Assembly (NCBI GenBank): GCA_000965745.1
Contig: CP009479.1
Location: 32,001 to 96,000 of the forward strand
Reading direction: 5' to 3'
DNA length: 64,000 nucleotides
Source: an uncultured archaeon
GTDB lineage: Archaea; Thermoplasmatota; Thermoplasmata; Thermoplasmatales; Thermoplasmataceae
Position 1 is the stretch's first letter; each line of letters opens with the position of its first letter. Below the pieces are notes generated by a model, which was given only the letters and a program-made list of their open reading frames with translations, was not told the origin of the DNA and made no database searches. A program made the position numbers and the translations under genes. Positions 31,221-42,280 of the stretch are shown here, in pieces.

Positions 31221-32970
31221 CGAAAAACTGCCTAATGACCGGGTGCATCTCCATAAGCTGCTCCTTGCCCATCGCCTCGTAGAACTGGATCACTATGCCC
31301 ACCGCCAGCAGCAGGCCGGTTCCGCTTGTATTCCCCACCGTCCCTATGAGGTTTGCGCCGGCCGCAAGGAGACCGACAGCTGCACCACTGAATACTGTTA
31401 TCACTGGAATGTACTTGTTAAGCACCCGTTCCATGACCTTTGGGTCTCTTCTGAAACCCGGTATCTGCATACCGCTGGACTGTATCTGCTTGGCAACCGA
31501 GGCGGCACCCATGTTCGTAGTTTCGATCCAGAACTTCGCGAATATCACGCTCGCGATTGTCATGAACCCGACAAATGAGATTATATGTGCCGCTTCCTGA
31601 AAGCTGGAGTGGCCCAGGAGAATCGACTGGTACCCTGCAGGGCTGATTATGGGAAACAGCCAGTCCGACAGGCCGTTGGGAGAGAAGAGGTAGAACGCCA
31701 GGCCGCTGGTCGGCGTAGTCTTAGATATGCCAAGCTGTGTAATCTGCTGTGCCGTTGGATAAGCTCCCAGAAGAGCATTATGTCCGAGCAGTGGAACGTG
31801 GCTCAGCACGGGCGACGACCAGAACAGCAGTGTCCACATTGAGATGTTTGCAAGCAGTGCTGTTGCGAGTATGACCGGTATGTTTGAAGCGTAGAAAAGC
31901 TGGAGCGGGTATCTTCCCCTGGCACCCCTCACCCTTTCATGGGCTATGGGGAGCTCAATCTTGCTGCTCTGGAAGTATGCGACGATGAAGAATATGAGCA
32001 GTGTCCCTATCAGGGCAATCATGGGGTTCGGCTGCTGAAAGAGTATCTGCACTATGCCCTGGGAGTTGATGTAACCGCTGCTGGATGTCCCTATGATGTA
32101 TAGCATCTTGGGAATAGCTCCGGCGGGAGGGTTTGCAAGAGACAGTGCAACGCCCACTTTGGCCGGAAGCCAGTTCAGTGTTCCTGTGACTAGCTGCTGC
32201 GATACTCCGGCCGCAATGAAGAGCGAAATACCGGATCCTATCCCGTATTTGGACACCACCTCATCCATCAGGAAGACCAGATATGAACCGAAGAACAGCT
32301 GTAGGACAATTATGGATTCGGCGAGAAAATTTCCGTATCCCGGCACCAGGCCGTTGAGGTTGTTGATAAGGAGCTGGTCCGGGACAAGATAGCCGAATGC
32401 CTGTGGTATTGCTTCGACGAATATCATGATGATTACCAGGAGTTTCTGGGTCCCCTGGTACATTGCCTTGTCCTTTGAGTTCTGCAGGTCTATGTTGAAA
32501 ATCTTTGCACCTGCGAAAAGCTGCATGACGATGCTTGCAGTTACGATCGGCCCTATTCCCAGTGCCATCAGGGATCCCTGGGCACCTGCGAATATGGCCC
32601 TGAATGATGCGAACACATCAACGCTCTGCTGTGTGTTAAGCCCGTAAATATAAACGTTTGTGAGAGCGAAGTAGAGTATAACGACGAGGGCGGTCCATAT
32701 CATTTTCCACTTGAACTGGACATGGCCGGATGCCTTCTTTATGGCGGGAAGCTTGGAAGTCAGTGTTTCCAAACCGTAAAGCTTGCTTTTCTCGGGCCCG
32801 ACATAACTCGCCACCAGATAAATCAGGTAGAATATCGGCGACGTCAGCAGTCCGGTCACCATGAGATGAGATACCCCAAGGTGCCCGAAGTACCAGAAGC
32901 CCGTGAGCATTAATGCGAAAACTACCAGAACTGGTAGTATGACCCCTCTATTCCTGTGAATTTCCGCCAT
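31210..32970 (-). CDS. secY: preprotein translocase SecY with an N-terminal 2-TM extension
   Basis: LGIGPIVTASI, GIGSGISLFIAAGV, YASNIPVIL, QIPGFRRD, GTGLLL; start MAEIH at 32970. Confidence 0.96.
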   Translation of the reverse strand: MAEIHRNRGVILPVLVVFALMLTGFWYFGHLGVSHLMVTGLLTSPIFYLIYLVASYVGPEKSKLYGLETLTSKLPAIKKASGHVQFKWKMIWTALVVILYFALTNVYIYGLNTQQSVDVFASFRAIFAGAQGSLMALGIGPIVTASIVMQLFAGAKIFNIDLQNSKDKAMYQGTQKLLVIIMIFVEAIPQAFGYLVPDQLLINNLNGLVPGYGNFLAESIIVLQLFFGSYLVFLMDEVVSKYGIGSGISLFIAAGVSQQLVTGTLNWLPAKVGVALSLANPPAGAIPKMLYIIGTSSSGYINSQGIVQILFQQPNPMIALIGTLLIFFIVAYFQSSKIELPIAHERVRGARGRYPLQLFYASNIPVILATALLANISMWTLLFWSSPVLSHVPLLGHNALLGAYPTAQQITQLGISKTTPTSGLAFYLFSPNGLSDWLFPIISPAGYQSILLGHSSFQEAAHIISFVGFMTIASVIFAKFWIETTNMGAASVAKQIQSSGMQIPGFRRDPKVMERVLNKYIPVITVFSGAAVGLLAAGANLIGTVGNTSGTGLLLAVGIVIQFYEAMGKEQLMEMHPVIRQFFVGG

Positions 32971-33388
32971 TGGTTTCGACCGTGATACCGTTAGAGGAAA
33001 GCTTCTTAATGGTTTTTTCTGTGGCTTTGCCGACAACTATCCTGCTTTTTACCCTGAATTCACCTGTAGCCAGCAGTTTTGTGTAACCCGCGCTGGTAAG
33101 GTCTATTACCTTCTCCCCTTCCTTTCCTGAGACGAAGCCTTTCTGCTCGAATGCCGGATAGCACTCAGCCAGCTCTTTCAACGTGATTGGAACCTCAGGG
33201 ACAGACGGGTGATGGCTTGTAAACCCGTGGACGCCGAAGTGGTCCGGGTCGTACTTGAGCGTCCATATCCACTTGTGCTTGAGGAGGCCCGCGTTTCCTT
33301 TTCCTCCTCTCTTGCCCTTGCCTCTTCCGGATTTCATTCCACGGCCGTAATGGCCACCTCTAAGTTTCTTGGTCCTAGTTCGAACCAT
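32948..33388 (-). CDS. rpl15: 50S ribosomal protein L15
   Basis: [25 protein letters not shown]. Confidence 0.95.
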   Translation of the reverse strand: MVRTRTKKLRGGHYGRGMKSGRGKGKRGGKGNAGLLKHKWIWTLKYDPDHFGVHGFTSHHPSVPEVPITLKELAECYPAFEQKGFVSGKEGEKVIDLTSAGYTKLLATGEFRVKSRIVVGKATEKTIKKLSSNGITVETNGGNSQE

Positions 33389-33866
33389 TCAGATCAACTC
33401 CCGGTAATACCATTCTCTTTATCAGCTCGTTTATTTTCTCTCCCCTGTAGCCTGAGGAACCTCCATTCTGGAATGATTTCCTGACTGCCTCATAGCCTCT
33501 CTTGGGAGGGTTGAGCCTGAACAGGGGCACGATTCCCTCGATATCCCTGTATTTGATTTTCCCTTTGATTAGTGATTTCGCGAGTTCGGAGAAGTCCTTT
33601 GAACCTGTTATCTCCTTAAGCTGCTCCTCTTCAAGCTTCTTTCTGCCTGCAAGCATTGCTCTGTGTTCCAGGACAGCTTCGAGAGTTGCCTCGTCGATTT
33701 CTCCCCAGGTAAGGTAGTCCCTTGCCCTGTTGAGCATTCCCCTGGTGACGTCGTTGTCTTCCAGAATAACCATGTGATTTATCCTGTTCAGCCTGAGAAG
33801 CTCGGCCGTCTTCTTTGCAGCCGGCTTTAATCCTGTCCTTCCCCTAATCCTTATTACTGCTAACAT
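33375..33866 (-). CDS. rpl30: 50S ribosomal protein L30
   Basis: [25 protein letters not shown]. Confidence 0.95.
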   Translation of the reverse strand: MLAVIRIRGRTGLKPAAKKTAELLRLNRINHMVILEDNDVTRGMLNRARDYLTWGEIDEATLEAVLEHRAMLAGRKKLEEEQLKEITGSKDFSELAKSLIKGKIKYRDIEGIVPLFRLNPPKRGYEAVRKSFQNGGSSGYRGEKINELIKRMVLPGVDLNGSN

Positions 33867-34509
33867 TGGCAACACTTCCCACATATATAGGTGTACTAAG
33901 CTGTATGGCCGGATTTATCTTCACTTTGGCGGTCTGGACCATGGCACTGTAGGCCGCAAGGGCGTAGTTCACTGTTGTTTTAGTGTGTCCGCTTGCAAAT
34001 CCCCACGCATCATCAATTCCAGCCATGGAAAGGATTGTCTTTGCCACGTCCCCTACTGCCCTTCCTACTCCTCTTGGGGCAGGCTTCATAGTGACAACCA
34101 CTGATCCTGATTTTCCCACTACCTGGAACGGGAGCGAGTGTGCTCTGCCGCATCCGCACTCCCAGGACCCGCAGCCTCTCCTGACTTCAATGACATGCAG
34201 CTTGGCGTTGTTGATTGCTTTCCTGATTGCGGGTGCAGCCTCCTTGGCCTTTCCCATCCCTACTCCCACGAAACCGTCACCGTTTCCGACGGCCGCAGTG
34301 ATTGAGTAGTTCATCCTTCTTCCTGAATCGGTCATCCTCTGGGCCCTCTCGACGTTTATGATCTCGTCGCTGAGTTCCGGCAACAGATAATCGACAATCT
34401 GGTATTCCCTCAGTGGAAGCTTTGTCCTGAGAGCTTCTGACATGGTTTTTATCTCGCCCGTTGCGACTAATTTTCCCAGTTGTGTCCTGGGAGTCCATTC
34501 CTCACTCAT
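33844..34509 (-). CDS. rps5: 30S ribosomal protein S5
   Basis: [24 protein letters not shown]. Confidence 0.97.
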   Translation of the reverse strand: MSEEWTPRTQLGKLVATGEIKTMSEALRTKLPLREYQIVDYLLPELSDEIINVERAQRMTDSGRRMNYSITAAVGNGDGFVGVGMGKAKEAAPAIRKAINNAKLHVIEVRRGCGSWECGCGRAHSLPFQVVGKSGSVVVTMKPAPRGVGRAVGDVAKTILSMAGIDDAWGFASGHTKTTVNYALAAYSAMVQTAKVKINPAIQLSTPIYVGSVANVSSNKD

Positions 34510-34994
34510 AGTGATTCCTCCAATTTGCTCTTAGCTTCTTCAATGTTAATCACGGATTTCTTGAGATGTTCTCCCTTGATTCTCGACTCATCAGGGAATA
34601 TCTTCTCATCATACGGGATCTCTATCCCTGCATCCACGAACCCCTTGAGGGCAGCAGATATTCTCCCGCCTGTGGTTATGTTGTACCTGCCTGTATCGAG
34701 TATGGCACTCCCGACGTTCTGTTTCTTTGCCTTGAGGCCGGTTGCATAGCCAACCAGGTATGATATGGGCGTGTTGTTCCCCAGTGTTTCGAGCCCAAGC
34801 TTCTTCAGGCTCCTGTCAGTTACTGTCGATATGACCCTGTCGCCTTCCGGGCTGAATGATATAACCTGTGCGCTTATTCCCCTGTGGGTTGGCCTTACAA
34901 CGAACCTTGGTGTCTCGGATGATACCATCTTTAGCCTCTTGTGATAGTTGGTCTGCCCTGATCTCCTTCTCTTTAGGACTCTCGGTGTCTTCAT
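34506..34994 (-). CDS. rpl18: 50S ribosomal protein L18
   Basis: RRRSGQTNY..RLK, LDTG, ALKGFVDAG. Confidence 0.95.
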   Translation of the reverse strand: MKTPRVLKRRRSGQTNYHKRLKMVSSETPRFVVRPTHRGISAQVISFSPEGDRVISTVTDRSLKKLGLETLGNNTPISYLVGYATGLKAKKQNVGSAILDTGRYNITTGGRISAALKGFVDAGIEIPYDEKIFPDESRIKGEHLKKSVINIEEAKSKLEESL

Positions 34995-35446
34995 TGTTCA
35001 CCACCCATTTCGCCAGTTGACTTAAGATGGCTCTGGAGCTGTGCCCTTGATTTTATTGAGCCGCCCTTGATTACCCTGTACATTTTCCTGTATGTCTTTG
35101 CGTCTATCTTTTCCTCGGACTTGAGTTTCCTGAGCTCGTCCCTGAGTGGCCTGATGGTCTTGATCCACCTCTGTTTCCTTGGGAATCTTGCATATTTCTT
35201 CCCCTTTATGGAACCAGGGCCTCTCCTTCTTTCCTTGGACCTCTGTCTGATCCTTTTCTTCAGCCTGTAATTTGAATTTCCTTTCTTCTGCCTGATCTGG
35301 ATAACATTTCTCCTGATGAGGTACCTGATGTCCTCCCTGGAGGCTGCCTCAGCAACTTCCTCAACGCTGTTAGTGTCTATCCAGACTCTTGAGATTCCGG
35401 ACTTGAACTCATCAGCTGCTATCCTTCGTGCTGTCTCAATCTTCAT
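34991..35446 (-). CDS. rpl19e: 50S ribosomal protein L19e
   Basis: RRIAA...SRVWID, RRGPGS.KG, WIKTIR; start MKIET. Confidence 0.95.
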   Translation of the reverse strand: MKIETARRIAADEFKSGISRVWIDTNSVEEVAEAASREDIRYLIRRNVIQIRQKKGNSNYRLKKRIRQRSKERRRGPGSIKGKKYARFPRKQRWIKTIRPLRDELRKLKSEEKIDAKTYRKMYRVIKGGSIKSRAQLQSHLKSTGEMGGEQ

Positions 35447-35852
35447 TTCTGACACCTCTGTTAAGCACCCTGACACCAAGCTCATCGGCTACTTCAAGCA
35501 TATCTTCCCTTTTTCTATCCCCAACTTTGGAAGATATTCTTGCTGCCTCAAGCTTCGGGTCAAGTGCCTCAAGGTCTTTCTCGTTGAATACCAGTACTTC
35601 CTTGAAACCTGAGGGATGCAGTCCCCTGACCAATTTGGGCGTCCTGTATCCTGCATCCACCATGGGGGGCTTTTTCTTCAAGTGCTCCCTCTGCTTTGAG
35701 TGCTTTCCCCTCGGCTTTCTCCAGGAATCTCCAAGCTTCTTGTACCTGAACCATTCCTGCCTGTGGAATTCCACTCTTTTCTTTGCCTGTTCGTTCTTGA
35801 TCTTGAGGAGCCTTTTCTGTTCCTTTGAAAGATGGGGTTTGCCTATTGACAA
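35436..35852 (-). CDS. rpl32e: 50S ribosomal protein L32e
   Basis: WRKPRG.HSK, GYRTP, RGLHPSG. Confidence 0.96.
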   Translation of the reverse strand: MSIGKPHLSKEQKRLLKIKNEQAKKRVEFHRQEWFRYKKLGDSWRKPRGKHSKQREHLKKKPPMVDAGYRTPKLVRGLHPSGFKEVLVFNEKDLEALDPKLEAARISSKVGDRKREDMLEVADELGVRVLNRGVRNED

Positions 35853-35853
35853 T

Positions 35854-36390
35854 CTACTCGCCTCCCTTTAGCAGGTAGATTCCATCCTGGAATATTCTCG
35901 GATCAAATCTCCTGATCTTTGTTGCTCTCTCTATGTTTGCCGAAGTCTCACCGATCTCTCTCTTGTCTATGCCTTCAATGGTAAGCCTGTCTCCCTTGAC
36001 GTTGACTTTCGTGTTTCCGATTATGTTTGCTATCCTTGCGGACCTCTCACCGAGGAAATTTTCCACCACTACGGCGTTCCCCCTCACGGAAACCCTCATG
36101 GGAAAGTGAGTGTAATCTATCTTCATGTGGTATTCGAAACCGCTCGTAACACCGTTTATCATGCTCTTGAGCTCTGAAGTCCAGGTGCCAAGGATACCGT
36201 TGTTCCTGCGGTTCTTCTTGCTCATGGTTATTTTTATCTTGCTGCCTTCGATCGAAATTCTGAGATAGTTGTCCGGGAGATTCCTCTTTACCTCTCCCTT
36301 CGGGCCCTTAACTGTAATCACAGTACCTGCCTGATTGGCAGTAACTCCCTCAGGAATATCGATCTCTGCTGCTTCTTCCCATTTCACCAC
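35854..36390 (-). CDS. rpl6: 50S ribosomal protein L6
   Basis: [25 protein letters not shown]. Confidence 0.96.
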   Translation of the reverse strand: MVKWEEAAEIDIPEGVTANQAGTVITVKGPKGEVKRNLPDNYLRISIEGSKIKITMSKKNRRNNGILGTWTSELKSMINGVTSGFEYHMKIDYTHFPMRVSVRGNAVVVENFLGERSARIANIIGNTKVNVKGDRLTIEGIDKREIGETSANIERATKIRRFDPRIFQDGIYLLKGGE

Positions 36391-36399
36391 TTGTATCAC

Positions 36400-36789
36400 C
36401 TAATAGACGTATGCTATGAGTCTTCCCCCGAGACCCATCTTCCTTGCTTCGATATGGCTCATCACTCCCTTCGTTGTTGAAAGGATGAGTATGCCGAAAT
36501 CCTGGGCAGGAAGATACCTGGCTTCATACTTGTCCAGGTTTGCCCTTTTCACTGGCAGCCTGGGCTTGATAACACCACAGTTGTTTATGGTGTTGCTGAG
36601 CACTATCTTGAATTTTCCGCCTCTGCTGTCGTCCATCACTTCAAAGCTCTTCAGGTAGTTGTATTCCTGCATTACCTTCAGAACCCTGCCGATGAGCCTC
36701 GCAGCCGGCTCGGTTTCAATCTCTTTTCTGCCGATCCTTGATGCGTTCTTTATCACGTTGATTATATCATTTAACGGGTCGTGTTTCAT
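36400..36789 (-). CDS. rps8: 30S ribosomal protein S8
   Basis: INNCGVIKPR, LPAQDFG, TTKGVMSH. Confidence 0.97.
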   Translation of the reverse strand: MKHDPLNDIINVIKNASRIGRKEIETEPAARLIGRVLKVMQEYNYLKSFEVMDDSRGGKFKIVLSNTINNCGVIKPRLPVKRANLDKYEARYLPAQDFGILILSTTKGVMSHIEARKMGLGGRLIAYVY

Positions 36790-36798
36790 TTGTTCACC

Positions 36799-36960
36799 TC
36801 AGCTGTATTTCCTGAATCCCAGTACGGGTGCAGTATCCCTGAAACACTGCCTGCACAGGCGAAGACCGTATCTCCTGACTAGGCCTCTTTTGCGCCCGCA
36901 TCGCTGGCACCCGTCCTTGCGTCCGAATTTTTTCTTAGGTTCAAGTTTGATTTGACTCAT
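36799..36960 (-). CDS. rps14: 30S ribosomal protein S14 (Zn type; missing from the ORF track)
   Basis: [53 protein letters not shown]. Confidence 0.96.
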   Translation of the reverse strand: MSQIKLEPKKKFGRKDGCQRCGRKRGLVRRYGLRLCRQCFRDTAPVLGFRKYS

Positions 36961-36964
36961 TGAT

Positions 36965-37480
36965 TCACCTTACCACCACGAGGCCGTACTTGCTGGTCAG
37001 GAATTCCATGGCCTCCTCCCTTTTTACCCTGATTTTTGAGGGCACCTTCTTTGCGCCTATCTTCCTCTTGTGGAGCCTGAAGCCTCCTTTCCTCTTGATT
37101 ACAACTGCAACGTCCATGCCGAATATTCCGATATTTGGATCGTACTTCATTCCCTTGAAATCAGTGTAATCGGCAACTCCGAAGTATGCGTTGCCCTGCT
37201 TGTCGAATGAATAGTGGGGAACCTTGTATTCCCTTGCATACAGAGCCCTCTGGAGGAATTCCTCAGCGTCTTTTCCCCTCAGCGTTACCTTTGTGCCTAT
37301 TGTCAGGCCCTGTCTTATGTTGAAGTCTCTCACTGTCTTCTTTGAGGTAGTGGTGACAGGAGTGTGCTTGGTTAGCATCTCAAGCACCTTCGTTGCCTTT
37401 GTGAGCCTTTCGCCCGCCTGGCCTACTCCTATATTCACAACTACCTTGTCGATAGTGATCTCTTCCATTGGGTTACTCAT
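36965..37480 (-). CDS. rpl5: 50S ribosomal protein L5
   Basis: [26 protein letters not shown]. Confidence 0.97.
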   Translation of the reverse strand: MSNPMEEITIDKVVVNIGVGQAGERLTKATKVLEMLTKHTPVTTTSKKTVRDFNIRQGLTIGTKVTLRGKDAEEFLQRALYAREYKVPHYSFDKQGNAYFGVADYTDFKGMKYDPNIGIFGMDVAVVIKRKGGFRLHKRKIGAKKVPSKIRVKREEAMEFLTSKYGLVVVR

Positions 37481-38195
37481 AGACTGCTACACCCCCTATC
37501 TTGGGTATCTCATACGAATACTTCGCCCCGCCTACGACAAAAGCGTAATCGGTGATTGTTGAGTATCCTTCCTCGAAGTGTATCAGGTTCTTGTGCGATG
37601 ATTCCTTGATCTCGATCTTCTTGATTGTGGCAACATTGCCGGCGTGCGATCCGCCTGTGAGGAATACCTTGTTTCCCGGCTGGAGCTTCATTACTTCCTG
37701 TATCTTCTTGCCGGGGATTGTCACCAGTGCTACATCGCCGGGTTTTACTTCCTTGTTGTCAGATACCACGATCTGCCCGTCATGGAAGCTGAGCTGGATT
37801 TTCCCGCCCTTTATTGTTGACTTGTCCATCACTTTCATGAGTTTCTTGTCGGAGTTATCCTTGCTCTCCTCTCCGAGAACGAGGCCGCCTTTCCTGTCGT
37901 ACAGGACCCGGAAGCTCTTTCCAACCTGGTCTATGGTAATGAGATCCATGAAGCCTACAGGATATCTCCTGTCTTTCACTATTTTTCCATCCACCTTTAC
38001 AAGGCCGTTTACCAGGATCCTTGTGATCTCCCTTTCCTTGTCTCCTATCTTGAGATAATCCCTGAGTGCCGTGAGGAGTGCCATTGAATCCTTTCTGTTG
38101 TGTTTGCCCGGCCTCGGGCTTGCTCCCCAGAAGAAGGTCTTCCTTGGTATCTTGACGGACCTTGATATCATCAGTCTCTTTGTCTTGTTGATCAT
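37473..38195 (-). CDS. rps4e: 30S ribosomal protein S4e
   Basis: PGKH, VKVDG, PVGFMD, HDG, GGSHAG. Confidence 0.96.
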   Translation of the reverse strand: MINKTKRLMISRSVKIPRKTFFWGASPRPGKHNRKDSMALLTALRDYLKIGDKEREITRILVNGLVKVDGKIVKDRRYPVGFMDLITIDQVGKSFRVLYDRKGGLVLGEESKDNSDKKLMKVMDKSTIKGGKIQLSFHDGQIVVSDNKEVKPGDVALVTIPGKKIQEVMKLQPGNKVFLTGGSHAGNVATIKKIEIKESSHKNLIHFEEGYSTITDYAFVVGGAKYSYEIPKIGGVAVYE

Positions 38196-38704
38196 TCTTT
38201 TTCCACCTCTTCTTCTGTTTCCTCTTCAGTTTCATCAGATTCTTCTTCAGGCTCTGCTTCCATTACCTCAGGTTCCTCTCCTTCCCCGGCCTGCTCTTCC
38301 ACCGGTTCTTCAGGTGTCTCGGCTTCCGCCTCCCCCTCTTCTGCCTCTTCGGCAGGTTCAGGCTCCGGCTCAGGTTCGGGGACTTCCTCCACTACGATAT
38401 TCTTCCTGGCGGCAAGATCCTTTATCTTCTGGAGCCTCCCTGGAGACGAAAGCTCAAGCCTTGTTATTCTGAGTATATTGGAAGGCAGCAGGTATTCCTC
38501 CTGCTTGCCGTCCGATTTTGATATTGTGATTCCATCAATGGAGACTCTGGAGCTCTTGTGGTTTACCTTCATGACCTTTCCTCCTTCCCCTTTCCTGGAA
38601 CCTGTCTTGATTGTTACCACATCGCCGGATGCGATTGGAAATGACCTTATGCCGTATTTTTTCCTCAAATCCTTGCTCAATGCTACTCTTACCTTGTTTT
38701 CCAT
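38192..38704 (-). CDS. rpl24: 50S ribosomal protein L24 with an acidic C-terminal extension
   Basis: LSKDLRKKYG.RS, GDVVT..GS.KG; about 65-aa Glu/Pro tail. Confidence 0.92.
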   Translation of the reverse strand: MENKVRVALSKDLRKKYGIRSFPIASGDVVTIKTGSRKGEGGKVMKVNHKSSRVSIDGITISKSDGKQEEYLLPSNILRITRLELSSPGRLQKIKDLAARKNIVVEEVPEPEPEPEPAEEAEEGEAEAETPEEPVEEQAGEGEEPEVMEAEPEEESDETEEETEEEVEKE

Positions 38705-38716
38705 ATCCAACCGACC

Positions 38717-39115
38717 TCACACTATTGTGGAGGCTACCGAGGCAATCCTTGGCCATCTCTCTGCAGCCTCTCTTGCTACGGGGCCTTTGATTTCGGAGCC
38801 TCTTACCTCTCCTTCTGGAGTGACAAGAACTGCTGCATTGTCATCAAATTCCACCATTGTGCCGTCCGATCGCCTGTAGGGCCTTCTCTGCCTCACTACG
38901 ACCGCGTATACGACTTTGCTCCTCATTTCGGGAGTTCCCTTCTTCACGCTTGCTATGAACATGTCACCTATACCGGCGGCAGGTATTCTCCTTGCAACGC
39001 CATGGTATGCCTTCACGCCAATGAGGCTGATTATTTTCGCACCGCTGTTGTCTGCACAGGGTACCACAGCTCCAAGCGGGAGCCCTCTTTGCTGCCTTCC
39101 AGCAATGCCTTTCAT
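38717..39115 (-). CDS. rpl14: 50S ribosomal protein L14
   Basis: [29 protein letters not shown]. Confidence 0.97.
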   Translation of the reverse strand: MKGIAGRQQRGLPLGAVVPCADNSGAKIISLIGVKAYHGVARRIPAAGIGDMFIASVKKGTPEMRSKVVYAVVVRQRRPYRRSDGTMVEFDDNAAVLVTPEGEVRGSEIKGPVAREAAERWPRIASVASTIV

Positions 39116-39438
39116 GGGTTCACCTTTTCAACTACCACGAAGGAAACCGTCTTTGCAAGTTTCCTGCACTCTGCTATCTTGACCGTGTCGCCCGGCTTAA
39201 CCTGGATGCATTCAGGAACGTGCGCATGATACTTTGAGAAGAGCGTCAGCTTTCTCTCGTATTTTGGAAGGTACCTCTGATGGGTACGCTTTATCACTGC
39301 GCTTCCATTCATCGCGGGAGACTCGACTATTCCGCCGATGATCTGCCCCCTTATTGAAAGAGTTCCGTGAAAGGGACACTTCTGATCGTTGCATTCCTGT
39401 TCCGGAAGCTTTACATCTAATCCTATGTTTCTGGCCAC
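39112..39438 (-). CDS. rps17: 30S ribosomal protein S17
   Basis: [23 protein letters not shown]. Confidence 0.96.
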   Translation of the reverse strand: MARNIGLDVKLPEQECNDQKCPFHGTLSIRGQIIGGIVESPAMNGSAVIKRTHQRYLPKYERKLTLFSKYHAHVPECIQVKPGDTVKIAECRKLAKTVSFVVVEKVNP

Positions 39439-39439
39439 C

Positions 39440-39748
39440 TTAATCACCGTTTATTATACCGTTTCTCAACATTTTCCCAATTCTTCTTCGTTCCTTGATG
39501 CGATCTTCTGGTCTGAATACCGCGTAACTTCCATTGATTGTGAATTTTTCCTCTGTTGTGGCGAGTTCGAAGACCCTGCCACTTTTGACGATCCTCTTTA
39601 CCCCGTTTTCCTTTCTGAGTTCTACAGTGTTTTTTGTTTCATTGCACAGGGTTCCGGCTATACCGTTCTCTGCCGGATTCGGTGAACTAATCACCTTCGC
39701 ATTCAATCCTATCCATTCGTGGAAATACACATTATCCTTGGTAATCAA
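39440..39748 (-). CDS. rnp1: RNase P protein component 1 (Rpp29)
   Basis: HEWIGL, GIAG..ETKNT, RPEDRIK. Confidence 0.92.
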   Translation of the reverse strand: MITKDNVYFHEWIGLNAKVISSPNPAENGIAGTLCNETKNTVELRKENGVKRIVKSGRVFELATTEEKFTINGSYAVFRPEDRIKERRRIGKMLRNGIINGD

Positions 39749-40048
39749 TTAAATCAGCTCTGCCCTGAATCCCATGCTTTCAAGCTGTTTCTTGACAGTA
39801 TCTCTATGGTCTCCCTGGAGTTCTATTGTTCTCCCGTCCTTTACAGTTCCACCCGAAGCAACCTTTTTCTTCAGCAGTTTGGCTATCTCGTCGATGTTCT
39901 CGCTCTTGGGGTCGATCCCCTCGATTATTGTCACATTTTTCCCGTATCTTCTTTTGTCCACGCTTATCCTCACTGCCTGAGTATCTCTTGTAAACCCTTC
40001 CCAAGGTTGCAATTCCTTGGGTATTCCTGTGAAGTTCTTATCCTTCAT
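39749..40048 (-). CDS. sui1: translation initiation factor aIF-1 (SUI1)
   Basis: RRYGKNVT.IEG, GGTVK, IELQGDH. Confidence 0.95.
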   Translation of the reverse strand: MKDKNFTGIPKELQPWEGFTRDTQAVRISVDKRRYGKNVTIIEGIDPKSENIDEIAKLLKKKVASGGTVKDGRTIELQGDHRDTVKKQLESMGFRAELI

Positions 40049-40248
40049 TCCTTTTGATCCTCCGAACCCATAACGGTCTTTATTCTGGCTATTTGTCTCC
40101 TTATTGACTTGATTTTCCCGGGATTCGAAGGCTGGCCTCCAAGAGCCACGGTAGCCCTCTCATGGAGGAGGGATTCTCTAAGCTGATCCAGAGCCTTTTC
40201 CCTCTCTTCACTGCCCATCTGTTTCAGTTGTTTCGCTCTTAGCTCCAT
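40045..40248 (-). CDS. rpl29: 50S ribosomal protein L29
   Basis: [17 protein letters not shown]. Confidence 0.95.
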   Translation of the reverse strand: MELRAKQLKQMGSEEREKALDQLRESLLHERATVALGGQPSNPGKIKSIRRQIARIKTVMGSEDQKE

Positions 40249-41374
40249 TTTCCTCTACCCTACCTTCATCTTTCTTTACTTCCTCGGCCGCTTCCGGCTT
40301 TGGCTCTTCTGATTCCTTCTTTTCTGCCTTTTTCTCTGATTTCTTCTCAGTTTTTTTGGTAGTTTTCCTGGGAGCTGGTTTTTCCTTTACGGCTTCCTTT
40401 GGCTCTTCAGCTGGCTTCTCTTCCACAGGTTTTGTACCTTCCGCCTTTGCTTCAGGCTCCTTCACTTCAGGTTTTGCCTCTACTTTCTTCTCCTCAGCCT
40501 GGGGCTTTACCTCTTCAGCCTTTACTTCGGCTTCAGGTTCCTTCACTTCAGGTTTTGCCTCTACTTTCTTCGCTTCGGCTTGAGGACTTACCTTTTCCTT
40601 GGCCTTTTCAGCCTCTGGCGTGGGCTTTGCTTTTCTTTCAGCCGGCCTGGCCTGCCTTTCTTCAGGCTTCCTCGGCCTTCTTCCCCTGGCACCGGGCCTC
40701 TCTCTCTGCCCCTCAGGCTTCTTTGCCACTGCCTCTGCCTTTTGGTCCCCTTCCTGTATCAGCTGTGGGGTTGAAACTCCAAGCTTTTCAGATACGACAT
40801 AGTCGTCAGGGAGCTTGTAGTCGCTCTTGAGTATTCCTACTTTGACTCCAATCACGCCAAGCTTGAGCTTGGCAATTGAGAACCCTCTCTCCATTCCTTC
40901 CCTCGCGGGCTCTCCGGAGTACTTCACGGAACCGCTCATGAATTTCTGCATCCTTCCCCTCTCTCCTGAGAGCTTTCCGGATACTGAAATTATGACGCCT
41001 CTTGCACCGTTCTCAACGATTCTCCTCAGAGAAGTGTTTCCTGCCTTCCTGTACGCCCAGCCTTTTTCCAGTGAAAGGGCGATCTTCTTTGATACAACCT
41101 GTGGATTCAGGTCGGGATTGTCGATCTCCTTGACTTCAATCTGCGGTGATTCGATCTGGTACTTCTTTTCGAGATTCTCTGTGATCTGCTGGACCTTGGA
41201 GCCATGCCTTCCAATGACAAGGCCAGGCTTGTTTACGTGAAGTGTTATGTTGGTTCCGAATGGTGTCCTCTTCATCTCCATCCCTCCGAAACCGGCGTTC
41301 TCAGTCTCCTTTCTTATGTATTCAGAGACCAGCAGTTTCTTCACTGCCTCGTTGATAAACTTCCTCTCGTTCAT
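40208..41374 (-). CDS. rps3: 30S ribosomal protein S3 with a ~190-aa K/E/P/A-rich tail
   Basis: KH domain [26 protein letters not shown]; low-complexity C-terminus. Confidence 0.96.
   Translation of the reverse strand: MNERKFINEAVKKLLVSEYIRKETENAGFGGMEMKRTPFGTNITLHVNKPGLVIGRHGSKVQQITENLEKKYQIESPQIEVKEIDNPDLNPQVVSKKIALSLEKGWAYRKAGNTSLRRIVENGARGVIISVSGKLSGERGRMQKFMSGSVKYSGEPAREGMERGFSIAKLKLGVIGVKVGILKSDYKLPDDYVVSEKLGVSTPQLIQEGDQKAEAVAKKPEGQRERPGARGRRPRKPEERQARPAERKAKPTPEAEKAKEKVSPQAEAKKVEAKPEVKEPEAEVKAEEVKPQAEEKKVEAKPEVKEPEAKAEGTKPVEEKPAEEPKEAVKEKPAPRKTTKKTEKKSEKKAEKKESEEPKPEAAEEVKKDEGRVEENGAKSETTETDGQ
40449..40571 (-). repeat. 81-nt-period in-frame tandem duplication in the rps3 tail
   Basis: 42-nt unit at 40449-40490 and 40530-40571 with one mismatch ([14 protein letters not shown] twice). 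Confidence 0.85.
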
Positions 41375-41820
41375 TCTTCTACCTCTTCAAGTACTATTTC
41401 AAGATTTATCAGGTCCTTGAAATTTGCTCCCGCTCTTCCATAGGCCTTTGGTGTGTATTTCTTAATCATTCTTCCCTTGGATGCTGCTATGTGCTTTACC
41501 ACGAGGGCATCCATGTTCAGGCTCTTGAATTCTGCATTGGCCTCTGCGTTGTCTATCAGTTCCCTGAATGCCTTTGCCGCTTTGACCGGGTACCTCCCCG
41601 GGCCCATTCCCCTTTTGTGTGAGACGGAATCGAGGTATCGGAAATAGGGGACAGGTGTCTTCTTTTCTATTACTCCGTCTATCAGATCCCTGACGCGCTC
41701 TAGCTTCTTTCCCCTGAGGAAATGGGCTATGTTGACCGCGTCCTTGAGGGATATGTCTGTCTCCTTTACCCTCGCAATGGCACTTTTTTCAGGTATTTCA
41801 GTTATTGAGTATCCTTTCAT
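41371..41820 (-). CDS. rpl22: 50S ribosomal protein L22
   Basis: [22 protein letters not shown]. Confidence 0.96.
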   Translation of the reverse strand: MKGYSITEIPEKSAIARVKETDISLKDAVNIAHFLRGKKLERVRDLIDGVIEKKTPVPYFRYLDSVSHKRGMGPGRYPVKAAKAFRELIDNAEANAEFKSLNMDALVVKHIAASKGRMIKKYTPKAYGRAGANFKDLINLEIVLEEVEE

Positions 41821-41824
41821 ATGA

Positions 41825-42280
41825 TCACTTCAGCGGCATGAACTTGGAGGACCTTGTAGCACCTACTCCCGGCCCGGAGTGCTTGACATCCTTCCTTGTA
41901 GGAGCAAATTCCCCAAGGTAGTGGCCTATCATTTCCGGCCTGATCTCAAACTTGACGTATTGATTGCCGTTGTATACCTCGAGAACTTTCCCAACGTATT
42001 TGGGAAGTATAACGAAACTCCTTACATGCGTCTTGATGTTTGCCTCTGATCCTTCCATCTTCTCTTTCAGCTTGGCCTGCTCGTAATTGAAATCCCTCGT
42101 AAGGGACCTCCTTATTCTTGCAGGTAGTATTTCCAGCAGTTTTTCAAATTCGAGCGCCTGAAGTTCTTCAATGGTAAGCCCCTTGTATCTGAACTCCTTG
42201 GATCTTCCTGCCGCTACCTTCTGTGACTTTCGTGACCTTCTCTTTATGGATTTTACAGATGCCTGCTTTTTGACCGGCAT
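41825..42280 (-). CDS. rps19: 30S ribosomal protein S19
   Basis: IKTH.R, VYNG, MIGHYLGEF, GATRSSKF. Confidence 0.97.
   Translation of the reverse strand: MPVKKQASVKSIKRRSRKSQKVAAGRSKEFRYKGLTIEELQALEFEKLLEILPARIRRSLTRDFNYEQAKLKEKMEGSEANIKTHVRSFVILPKYVGKVLEVYNGNQYVKFEIRPEMIGHYLGEFAPTRKDVKHSGPGVGATRSSKFMPLK

Noticed and set aside
40250-40700. Repetitive DNA that could be mistaken for a CRISPR or satellite array
   Set aside because: In-frame low-complexity coding sequence of rps3; no repeat-spacer structure and no cas genes in the window
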